Source: Octopus sinensis (lineage: Eukaryota). Taken from it: DNA of 64,000 bases. Location of the stretch: the NCBI RefSeq assembly GCF_006345805.1, contig NC_042997.1:140554001-140618000 (forward strand). The letters are read 5' to 3'. Shown here in pieces: positions 53,320 through 64,000 of this stretch. The stretch's first letter is position 1; each line of letters starts with the position of its first letter. A program made the translations under genes and the position numbers. The notes below the pieces were generated by a model that saw nothing but the letters and a program-made list of their open reading frames with translations, ran no database searches and was not told the DNA's origin.

Positions 53320-54658
53320 CTTCAGTGGCTTTACTCAGCTATGTGTGTATGCACATATACATAAAAACACAGACTCACACAAACATATACATATCCATAT
53401 TTAGGTTTGTATATTTATCCTTTATTTTTACATGTATAAGTATGTATCTGGCAGTCTTTACACAGTCTCCCTCTGTGGTTGAGCACATTGCTTCTCAACC
53501 ACATGGTCTTGAGTTCAGTCCCACTGTGTGGCGCCTTGGACAAGTGTCTTCTACTATAGCCTCAGACTAACCAAAGCTTTGTGAGTGGATTTGATAAATG
53601 GAAACTGAGAGAAGCCTATCAAGTACACACACACACACACACATGCCTCTGCCACGTACAAACATCACATTCTGTCAGCCTGCCTGTCATTACACTACAT
53701 TTCTTATGTATCTATAGCTTACCTTAGGTTCAGTAGACACACACACACAGGTGTATATGTTTATGCATTTATATGTGTGTGTGTTCGTATGTATATATAT
53801 GTATATGTATGTATGAAATTATGCTCATAGTATATTAGTGCAAATTTAATGCACAAATTTATAATTTAATTAATTATTCAGTATTAATGGAAATAAATGG
53901 CTGTAAGAAGTAAAGCTTACTAATTTGGTAATAATGAATAATTATTAACCTTGTGTTTTCCATTTTCTTTTTTTCATTTAATTGGATATGAACTATATGC
54001 TTAAAATATACCAATTGTTTTAAGGGAATTTGATTCCCCAATAATACTAGGTATCAAACCAGTATTCCCTTGGATGTAACCATCCCTTTTATGAGGTTAA
54101 CATGCCCTCTAAATAAATCTATACATATTTATATGTATTTGTGTGTGTGTGAGGGCACATGGCCTCATGGTTTGGGATGTTGTACTCATGATCATGAGAT
54201 CATGATTTCAATTCCTAGACCAGGTGGTGTATTGTGTTCTTGAGCAAAACACTTCATCTCACATTGCTCTGTGTTCACTTTGATTCCTGATGCCTGGTTA
54301 CACAGTGTATCACTTATGGCAACAGCGATTTGATGAAGAGAGTGAGCTAATGTGCAGCACGAAACAAATTATTTGTGCAGGTCATTTGGCAAGCTGAACA
54401 CTCGTACATCATCTTCGACGGGAGAGTCCGTCATATATTGAGAAATAGGGAGAGAGATAATGATGCAGATAAACACAATTAGGTTTGACATTAGGCAGCA
54501 TCACTATCTCCACATCAGTTCACCTGAATTTCTCTTATAGTCACCCTTGACTTTGTGGACTGAGACCTGGATAAAGTATTCAGCGTTTTGAGTTCAGTTT
54601 ATTTGAGCACGACAATGTTTTTTCCTGTACTGAGCATATCTAGCTGTTTACTGTCGTC

Positions 54659-54694
<36 letters not shown>

Positions 54695-55087
54695 GGGTGA
54701 AGTGGAGGTGTTGCTGTCTCCTTGCTTTGACTTTGTGTGGTAGTTGTAAGCAAGTATAATCGTCATTCGAATGGCATCCTTTATGTCCAGTCTTCTGTGA
54801 ATGATATGTCTGGTCATGGGGAAATATTGCCTTATTTGGAAACAGGTGAGAGTTGGTGACAGGAAGTGCATCCAGTTGTAGAAAATCTACCTCAATAAAT
54901 TCCATCCAGCCCATGCAAGCTTGGTAAAGAGGACATTAAAATGATGATGGTGGTCATGTTCATATGTATGTATCTGGCAGTCTTGTTTATGGGAAACATT
55001 TTGAATATGCAAAAGAAGCTCCTATTCTATTATGCCAGCTACAGTCTAGTGATATTGACTAGTGAACCAGTTTTGGGGGTTGCATTA

Positions 55088-55120
<33 letters not shown>

Positions 55121-55125
<5 letters not shown>

Positions 55126-55625
55126 ATAAAAAGGGGTTTGTGTAATTGTGTATAGAGGGATATATATAATTCAAAGAAATTCCAACTCTGTTTTTTATGT
55201 TTTATTTATATTCTTTATAATATTAATGTAGAATATAGAATATATAGTATAAATAATATATATATATAGTAAAATGAAATGAAGTATTGATTGTCTTATT
55301 GAAAAGATGAAATATTGAATATAAAATATTAAGGGACTAGTATACTTTCATGCGTTATAGCAGTCTTCAAGGTGACAGGAGTGTTTCAACTGGTATATAC
55401 CAGAGTAAACACATAAATGTGAAACAAGGTGGAAAAAATAGTACTTGGATCCAGAGGTAGAGGAATATGCTTTATAAAAAAGCAGCAAAAATGTCACAAA
55501 AACTGTTACTCAGTTTCATGTTCCTGTTCATCAGACAGTTTTGTTTAGAAACAAAACTTTCTGACAAGTGGGAATGTGAAACTCTGAGTAAAATTTTGTG
55601 ATATTTTTGCTGCTTTTTAATAAAG

Positions 55626-55659
<34 letters not shown>

Positions 55660-56165
55660 GTATCAATAAAAAGGGGTTTGTGTAATTGTGTATAGAGGGA
55701 TATATATAATTCAAAGAAATTCCAACTCTGTTTTTTATGTTTTTTTATATTCTTTATAATATTAATGTAGAATATAGAATATATAGTATAAATAATATAT
55801 ATATATAGTAAAATGAAATGAAGTATTGATTGTCTTATTGAAAAGATGAAATATTGAATATAAAATATTAAGGGACTAGTATACTTTCATGCGTTATAGC
55901 AGTCTTCAAGGTGACAGGAGTGTTTCAACTGGTATATACCAGAGTAAACACATAAATGTGAAACAAGGTGGAAAAAATAGTACTTGGATCCAGAGGTAGA
56001 GGAATATGCTTTATAAAAAAGCAGCAAAAATGTCACAAAAACTGTTACTCAGTTTCATGTTCCTGTTCATCAGACAGTTTTGTTTAGAAACAAAACTTTC
56101 TGACAAGTGGGAATGTGAAACTCTGAGTAAAATTTTGTGATATTTTTGCTGCTTTTTAATAAAGT
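55121..56165. repeat. Tandem duplication, 2 x ~540 bp
   Basis: Units begin tatcaataaaaaggggtttg at 55121 and 55661; bounded by (TA)n; near-identical. Confidence 0.95.
55470..55625. repeat. Imperfect palindrome with a decayed hammerhead in each arm
   Basis: Minus 55498-55542: aaaactgt CTGATGA acaggaacat GAAAC tga GTA acagtttt. Plus 55552-55598: caaaacttt CTGACAA gtgggaatgt GAAAC tctga GTA aaattttg. Repeated at 56009-56165. Confidence 0.7.
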
Positions 56166-56893
56166 ATATATATATATATAATATATATATATATATATGT
56201 ATGTATGTATGTATGATGTATGCATGTATGTATGTATGTATGTATGTATGTATGTATGTATGTGTATATACATATATATATATATGTACAAATATATAAG
56301 GGTGAGTCAGAAAGTATTACTGCATTACTTCCTGACTTACCTTTGTGTGTATATATGTATGTGTGTGTGTGAGTGGAGAGCAGAACTGTGAACGGTGTAG
56401 GTTAGAGCTATGAATAGTGTGAGAGCTGCTAAGAGTGGAGATCAGATGCAGGAGCTTTGTTGAGTTGTTTCCAGCTTTGGCTGTGGTTTGATATGAGGTG
56501 GAAGAGTGGTGAGGTAGATTTGTTGAGCAGCAGTGGTTGCTACATGTTGGATTGCAAACAGAGTTTGCAAGCAACAACATAGGAGGAAGTGCAGAACAGG
56601 GAATCTTGATGCTATATTATGTAGCCACGCAGATTTGTACAATTACTTAAGCAGCTAAAACATCGATGGCTTGGCTGTTAATACTTTTACTAGGTATCAT
56701 CTAATGTCTTTTCAATTGGCAGATTGTCATATTATTAACTCAGGCAGCTGTAACTGTCTTTAAAAAGGAAAATAAAACTGTTCAAATGTACAAAATAAAT
56801 GGATTGAAATAGAAAAAAAAAAGAAGAATCAAAACTATGAAGAGGTGGGGGGAGAAGGTAAATATAACATTTTTTCTTTATTTTTAATTCCAG

Positions 56894-56938
56894 GAACTTC
56901 CTTAATTTTGTAACAGAAGAACTGAAAGACCCATATAA
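56894..56938 (+). CDS. 45-bp exon of the SLC7/LAT-type transporter (too short for the ORF track)
   Basis: Acceptor tttttaattccAG and donor AA|GTAAGT. Completes the split TG|G Trp codon and reads (W)NFLNFVTEELKDPY(K/N), the canonical GWN.LN.VTEE..(D/N)P signature. Confidence 0.93.
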
Positions 56939-58254
56939 GTAAGTTTGGCTTTTCATTTGTAATTTCTTTTTCTTTTTTTTTGTCATTTCTTTATTCATAT
57001 CTACCTGTATATTTGTTTTGTCTGTGAAGTGTCCTTCGGCTGGAAGTTCAACATGTAAAAAAAAAAATACCTAATGTTTTCTAAGATATTCATATGCTTG
57101 AAGCATATTTAGTTGTGTCTTGGGAGAGTCATTCACTTTTAGTGCTTTATTATTTAACACACTCACCGGCACCAAAAGAGAATGACTCTCCCCAGACACA
57201 ATAAAATATGCTTCAACACACAAACTCACATAAAGAATCTTGCAAACCAAATCCAAAAACAAAGTGAAGCATATTTAGTTTTGCAGTATAATAAAAAAAA
57301 TGATCTCAAATTTTGGCAGAAGGTCACCAAGTCTAGGGCAGTGGACTAGTTGATTATATCAACCCCAGTACTCAACTGGTACTTATTTTATTGACCGTGA
57401 AAGGAAGAGAGGCAAAGTCAACCTTGGTAGAGTTTGAACTCAGAACGTGAAGACAGACGAAATGCTGCTAAGCCTTTTGTCCAATTGTACCAGTGATCAT
57501 TGGAGCTTTGGGAATAATACCAGGCTACTCATAAGTTTCAGAATGACAAAACATTGCTCTCTTGGGTACTGCCCACATTCTCAGAACACTGTAAACCTGA
57601 GAATATCTGAATCTTTTAAACTTTCAAAATTGCAGATATCACAATAAACTTTTAATGAAATACTAATTCTCAGTATTTGGTCTCCTTTCTCTACAACGTA
57701 TCATTGCTACTCAAAAATAACACAGTAAAGCATTTAACTTACTATCATTTGTGGTCATGGGGTGAAACTTGGAGCATAAAGCAATGTAATATCAATACTG
57801 ATGTTGCAAATAGCAACATATATGGAAGGGTCTCTCCCGGTTAATAACACAGTATTCAGTGTTCTAACAAGACACCCATGTTAAGTTGGATATAAAGATT
57901 ACCTTTTGGTATTAATATTGCTTCTGTTGTAAATAATTAATTTTTAATAAACCCATTGGCTATTTGTGACACCAGTGTCTGAAAAGATGCTGATATACTA
58001 TATATCACACCAGAGAGATTCAGTTGAAGCATACAACTTCTGCTCAAATACTTTTATGAGCATCAAAGTACAAGAGGAATGGTTTCTTATATTAACAAAG
58101 CTGTGATATGCCTGACTAATAATCTCAACCCTACAAATGAGGACAGGAAATACCCTAAATAACAACAATTAAAGACTGGACTAGCCTATACTACCTACAT
58201 TCTTCTGTGAAAAAAAGTTGACAAACCCAATTACTAAGGGCATTAGTAATTTAA

Positions 58255-58471
58255 CCCTTTCATTACCAACCCAGCTGAAACCATCTCTGGCTCTGTAGTA
58301 TAAATGTCTTGTTTTCATAACTTTTGAATTAAAATCTCCCACCAAACCTTAGTCACAATTAATGCTCCTAACACTAGCTGAATGACAATTAAGTCATTTT
58401 ACTAAATTCTTTGTTATATTTAAAGTAATTGAAAAAAACACAGAGCATCTCAAAATACAGTAACGAAAGGG
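58255..58471. mobile_element. piggyBac-like MITE, second copy; followed by a related MITE (58476-58661) homologous to ~50297-50475
   Basis: TTAA-CCCTTTC...GAAAGGG-TTAA; reverse complement of 25986-26207. Confidence 0.8.
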
Positions 58472-59411
58472 TTAAACCAGTCACATCTGGCTGAAACTGG
58501 CCAGATCTGGCTCCTCTCACATTTACCCTACAATGTTATTCTAAATATAAACAATCACATCATTGAAATCTTGAAGTTACAAGATAATGCATGATTAATT
58601 CAAAACAATATGAATAAATAAGGATTACATTTCAGAGAGTAATCCAAAAGCTAAAGGGTTAAATATAGGACTCTGTATCTTTGACATTTATTTTGTCAGA
58701 GCAAAAGGATTAAATCCAATAATATCAAAAGCAACAAAATTACTGTCAGACCTTGTGCTTACCTAAGGAAAAGAGAAACTCCTACAGGCATGTTTCACTA
58801 AGTTCTACATGTATGAACAAATTCTAAACAATAGCAATAACTCCAAATTTAATCAATAAAAGATTTTTCAAAAACACTTTCTCATAAAAGCCTAATTACC
58901 ACTCCACTTAAACCCACACACCCAAAGAAGATTGCATGGCTTAGCTGTCCAAAACTTTTAAGTCACTGTCAACGACATTCTTATATAAGACCAATTACTA
59001 AATGTGTGTGTGTGTATATATATATATATAAGAGACGCAATGGCCCACTCGTTAGAGCTGTGAACTCGCAGTTGTAGGATCGTGGTTTCGATTCCCAGAC
59101 CGAGCATTGTGAGTTTTTATTGAGCAAAATCACCTGAAGCTCCACAAGGCTCCGGCAGCGGATGGTGGCAAACCCTGCTGTATTCTTTCACCACAACTTT
59201 CTCTCACTCTTTTTTCCTGTTTCTGTTGTATCTGTATTTCAAAGGGCTAGCCTTGTCACACTCTGTATCATGCTGAATCTCCCCGAGAACTACACTAAGG
59301 GTACACGTGTCTGTGGAGTGCATAGCCATTGGCACATTAATTCCACAAGCAAGTGGAGAGCTGTAGACATATATATATATATATATATATATATAACATC
59401 ATCATCATCAT

Positions 59412-59419
<8 letters not shown>

Positions 59420-59455
<36 letters not shown>

Positions 59456-61690
59456 TCTTTTATTCTTTTACTTGTTTCAGTCTTTGACTGCAGCCATGCT
59501 GGAGCACTGCCTTTAGTCGAACAAATCAACCCCAGGGCTTTTTCTTTGTAAGCCTGGTACTTATTTTATCGATCTCATTTGCCGAACTGGTAAGTTACGA
59601 GGACGTAAACACACCAACATCGGTTGTCAAGTGATGGTGGGGGGACCAACACAGACACACAAATATATATGCATATATATATATGACGGGCTTCTTTCAA
59701 AGGGCATCAAGCTGTAGAAAATCTGCCTTAATGAATTCTGTTCAATACATACAAGCAAGGAAAAGTTGATGTTAAAATGATGATGATTATGATGATGATG
59801 GTGTATGTGTACGTGTGTGAAAGAGACTATGTTAATTTTACCATTTCCTGTTATCATTGTTTGAATGAACTGGTGGTAGTGTTGACATCCTTTGTTGACA
59901 ATATGACTGGTAGTTCTGCACTTTCGAAGATCCCTGAAAGGAAAACGTCCTTCACTATAAAACAAGTAAGGCTTGCCAGCATAATGTACACCAGACCATA
60001 AGGTCCTGCCTTAAAATATCTCCCTAGTCTAAACACATGCTAGCATGGAACAAAATTTCCAAAACAGATGTTATACACACAAATATATATTTAGCAGACC
60101 TACACCTGTAAAAGTACAATCTATTTACTAGTAGCTCTGCTTACTTGTAAACCCAACAAAGTACCACTGAAATTCCTGAAACTGGTAATTCTATTACCAG
60201 TCATGTGAATTGCTGGAAAATACTTGAGGGATATTAACCCTAAAGTTATTGTACTTTTCTATAGCGTAGTAGATAAAGACGTTGGTTAATGCAATGCAGT
60301 CACATAGAAGTTCTGAGTTCAGTCCCAGGCATGGCACTAAGGTAATTCACAAAAAATAAACTGAAGCAAAAAAATGTCATGAAATGCAGAGAACGGACTG
60401 AGAACACTGTACCTCCTTGGATGAAATAAAGAATTAGGTTTGAAATTCTAATACAACAGCTGAGTTCATCAGAAGACACCTAAAAGACGTTGGAGTGTAC
60501 AATAGTCAAATATATATATATGTGTGTATGTATGTGTGTGTATATATATATATATAATATATATATATATGTATATATGTATTCTTTTATTCTTTTACTT
60601 GTTTCAGTCTTTGACTGCAGCCATGCTGGAGCACTGCCTTTAGTCGAACAAATCAACCCCAGGGCTTTTTCTTTGTAAGCCTGGTACTTATTTTATCGAT
60701 CTCATTTGCCGAACTGGTAAGTTACGAGGACGTAAACACACCAACATCGGTTGTCAAGTGATGGTGGGGGGACCAAACACAGACACACAAATATATATGC
60801 ATATATATATATGACGGGCTTCTTTCAAAGGGCATCAAGCTGTAGAAAATCTGCCTTAATGAATTCTGTTCAATACATACAAGCAAGGAAAAGTTGATGT
60901 TAAAATGATGATGATTATGATGATGATGGTGTATGTGTACGTGTGTGAAAGAGACTATGTTAATTTTACCATTTCCTGTTATCATTGTTTGAATGAACTG
61001 GTGGTAGTGTTGACATCCTTTGTTGACAATATGACTGGTAGTTCTGCACTTTCGAAGATCCCTGAAAGGAAAACGTCCTTCACTATAAAACAAGTAAGGC
61101 TTGCCAGCATAATGTACACCAGACCATAAGGTCCTGCCTTAAAATATCTCCCTAGTCTAAACACATGCTAGCATGGAACAAAATTTCCAAAACAGATGTT
61201 ATACACACAAATATATATTTAGCAGACCTACACCTGTAAAAGTACAATCTATTTACTAGTAGCTCTGCTTACTTGTAAACCCAACAAAGTACCACTGAAA
61301 TTCCTGAAACTGGTAATTCTATTACCAGTCATGTGAATTGCTGGAAAATACTTGAGGGATATTAACCCTAAAGTTATTGTACTTTTCTATAGCGTAGTAG
61401 ATAAAGACGTTGGTTAATGCAATGCAGTCACATAGAAGTTCTGAGTTCAGTCCCAGGCATGGCACTAAGGTAATTCACAAAAAATAAACTGAAGCAAAAA
61501 AATGTCATGAAATGCAGAGAACGGACTGAGAACACTGTACCTCCTTGGATGAAATAAAGAATTAGGTTTGAAATTCTAATACAACAGCTGAGTTCATCAG
61601 AAGACACCTAAAAGACGTTGGAGTGTACAATAGTCAAATATATATATATGTGTGTATGTATGTGTGTGTATATATATATATATTATATAT
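59420..61690. repeat. Tandem duplication, 2 x ~1128 bp
   Basis: Identical spurious ORFs recur at +1128 (59777/60905, 59854/60982); bounded by (TA)n; I saw only a 1-bp indel. Confidence 0.95.
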
Positions 61691-61859
61691 ATATATATAT
61701 ATATACATACATACATATATACATATATCTGCATGTGTGTATCTTTGTGTATGTGTTTGTTTGTCCCCTACTACCTCTTGACAACCAGTGTTGGTGTGTT
61801 TATGTCCCTGTAACTTAGCAGTTCAGCATAAGAGGCTGATAGAATAAGTATTGGGTTCC

Positions 61860-62990
61860 GTGTCTGTTTTGGCATGGTTTCTATGGCTGGATGCCTTTCC
61901 TAATGCCAACAACTTTACTGGGTATACTGGGTGCTGTTAATGCAGCACTGGCACAGGTGCATTTATGTGGTACCACTATAGGTTCTTTTTATGTGGCACC
62001 AGTACAGGTGCTCTTTATGTGGCACCAGCACTGCAAGATTAGGAATGCGCAGATGGAGAGGGATGCAGGGTACATACTTGTATGCAAGGACAACCACGCT
62101 TTTATTTAGCTTGACGTGTCTGCTTGTGGGTAACAAACCACCAGGAGTTTCAGTTTCCTGTCATAACCTCTGTGAGTCCCATCATCATCATCATCATCCA
62201 GTGTTTTAAATCCAGGTTTTATCCCAATTAACAGGGGTGGCCTGATCTACCTCAATGCCATCGCAACTGCCCTCACACCATCTGGCTTGGTTTTGGGCAT
62301 CCTCTATTTTCAAACCAATCCTCCCAATCTCCTCCTCCACATGTCCCCTTCGCCTTTTCCTCTGTCTATCCCACTTTTGTGCTCCGTTTATGTCAAATGC
62401 AGTCACCTTCCTCAAAACATGCTCTTCATCCCTCCTCAAAACATGCCCATACCACCTCACTCCATTCACCCTTGCCAACCGTTCCACTGATTCCTCCAAC
62501 CTCAGCATTCTCATCAAATCCTCAGTCCTCCTTTGTAAATCTTTCTCACCACTTCATCCCACATCTTCTTGGGTCTTACTCCTTCCACGTATTCCCTCCA
62601 CAATTAGAGATTAGCACCTCTTGATGCAACTGTCTTCATTTATATGCATTACATGACCATACCAGCACAGTCTCTCTCCTCTCTCTCTCTCTCGCTCTCT
62701 CACTACATCTGATGCCTCGTATACCCAGTTTTTCTCTCAAATCACTTACATTCTGTTGTATATGCACACTGACATTACCCATTCAGTGAAGCATATTGGC
62801 TTCATTTCTTTCAAGCCTTTGCATATCCTCAGTAGTTGCATCCCATGTCTCACTGCTATGTAGCATAGCTATTTGTACACAGGCACTAAACAATCTGCCC
62901 TTCACTCTGAGGAAGAGGCCCTTTGTTACTAATAGAGGTAGTAGCTCTCTGAACTTTGCCCAGCTTATTCTTATTCAAGCAGCTATGCTA
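61860..62990 (-). mobile_element. Cluster of decayed RTE LINE fragments
   Basis: 62206-62517 reads LARVNGVRWYGHVLRRDEEHVLRK...IGLKIEDAQNQARW; 62640-62990 carries KFRELLPLLVTKGLFLRVKGRLFSACVQIAMLHSSETW; UTR remnant at 61860-62180. Confidence 0.8.
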
Positions 62991-63002
62991 GGATAAGAAT
63001 AT

Positions 63003-63037
<35 letters not shown>

Positions 63038-63324
63038 CAAAAGGATGTGTTATAACACTATTCCACATATAAAAAAAACAGCCATACCAACAATTCAACA
63101 TACCTATATCATCAGCTGCCCCATGGATATCATTATGGTTTCGACACCTGGGCAGTACCATTCAATCTGACAGTGTTAGTAGCACTAAAAGAAGTGCTGT
63201 TTGGGAAAAAGCTTATAAAAAATCAAAACACACAACTTTCAAACACATTTATTCTATGTACAACAGCATTCAATCAAATATATATATAAATATATATATT
63301 TTTTCTAACTAATGTTCTGCTTTG

Positions 63325-63372
<48 letters not shown>

Positions 63373-64000
63373 TTATATATATATAGGAATTTGTGCCTGT
63401 GTTTGTCCCCCACCTCCACTTGACAACTGGTGTTGGTGTGTTTACATCCCTGTAACTTAGTAAAATCTATGTCAGAACAGAACAGTAGCCTGGTGTAGTT
63501 TGTTACCTGACCAGCTTTTGTCAAACTGTCCAACCCATGCCAGCATGGAAAACAGACGTTAAATGATGATGATGATGATGATGATGATGAAATATTTTTA
63601 AACAAAATTCCACAGTGACCTGATGGGTTTTTTGACTCTTTAGAAAGTAAACAAAAAGTGACATGAAAGAGTTTCAGTTTCACAAGCATAGATTCCTAGA
63701 TTTTCAAACGTCTTGTTAAGATTATTTGAAGAATAATTGTTGTATATAATATATAGGCCAACACTGATCTTATCTTATTTTCCTGTAACTTCATTTTGAA
63801 TTAAAGAAACAGGCTTTGTTGTAATAGTTATTACCATTCATATTGTTAGGTTGTTGTTGGCCTACAAGTGAGAATAATCAATTATTTTATATTCTGGTTT
63901 CACTGTAACTATAACACAGAGCCATAACTCTAAAGATAGTGAATTAGCTGATTTGTTCGACTTTCAGGTTGAATACCTCCCAAAATTTCGTCTGGATACA

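Noticed and set aside
59033-59105. Functional tRNA gene
   Set aside because: The tRNA-like sequence continues into a SINE body and lacks a proper acceptor stem; the same applies to the other A/B-box heads.
63968-64000. ctttcAG acceptor as the next SLC7 exon
   Set aside because: Translation does not give the expected NLPRAI-like sequence, and the window ends here.

Overview
AT-rich, microsatellite- and SINE-dense eukaryotic DNA; the repeat families look coleoid cephalopod, most likely Octopus (inference). The one host gene I can support is a + strand SLC7/LAT-type amino-acid transporter light chain, seen as three internal exons (38703-38828, 44172-44271, 56894-56938) that splice in frame; its first and later exons appear to lie outside the window, so most of the window is probably intron. 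The main mobile element is a young, 5'-truncated Penelope-like retroelement of Naiad type (31425-35452). It has an uninterrupted RT-thumb/GIY-YIG ORF, a 371-bp inverted pseudo-LTR pair, a hammerhead ribozyme with an unusually long stem II in each repeat, and (TA)n flanks. At least five small non-coding elements repeat the same 'inverted copy + direct copy + tail' layout, mostly at microsatellites, and several carry minimal hammerheads. Also present: tRNA-derived SINEs with shuffled modules, RTE and CR1-like LINE ends, a non-autonomous Helitron, a Helentron-like element, Merlin-like MITEs (8-bp TSD), piggyBac-like MITEs (TTAA), a CpG-retaining domain at ~14-21.5 kb, a tentative antisense spliced non-coding transcript, and three (TA)n-bounded tandem duplications. 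All calls were made by eye. Repeat boundaries are approximate unless a TSD or terminus is quoted, and most short ORFs in the track are spurious.
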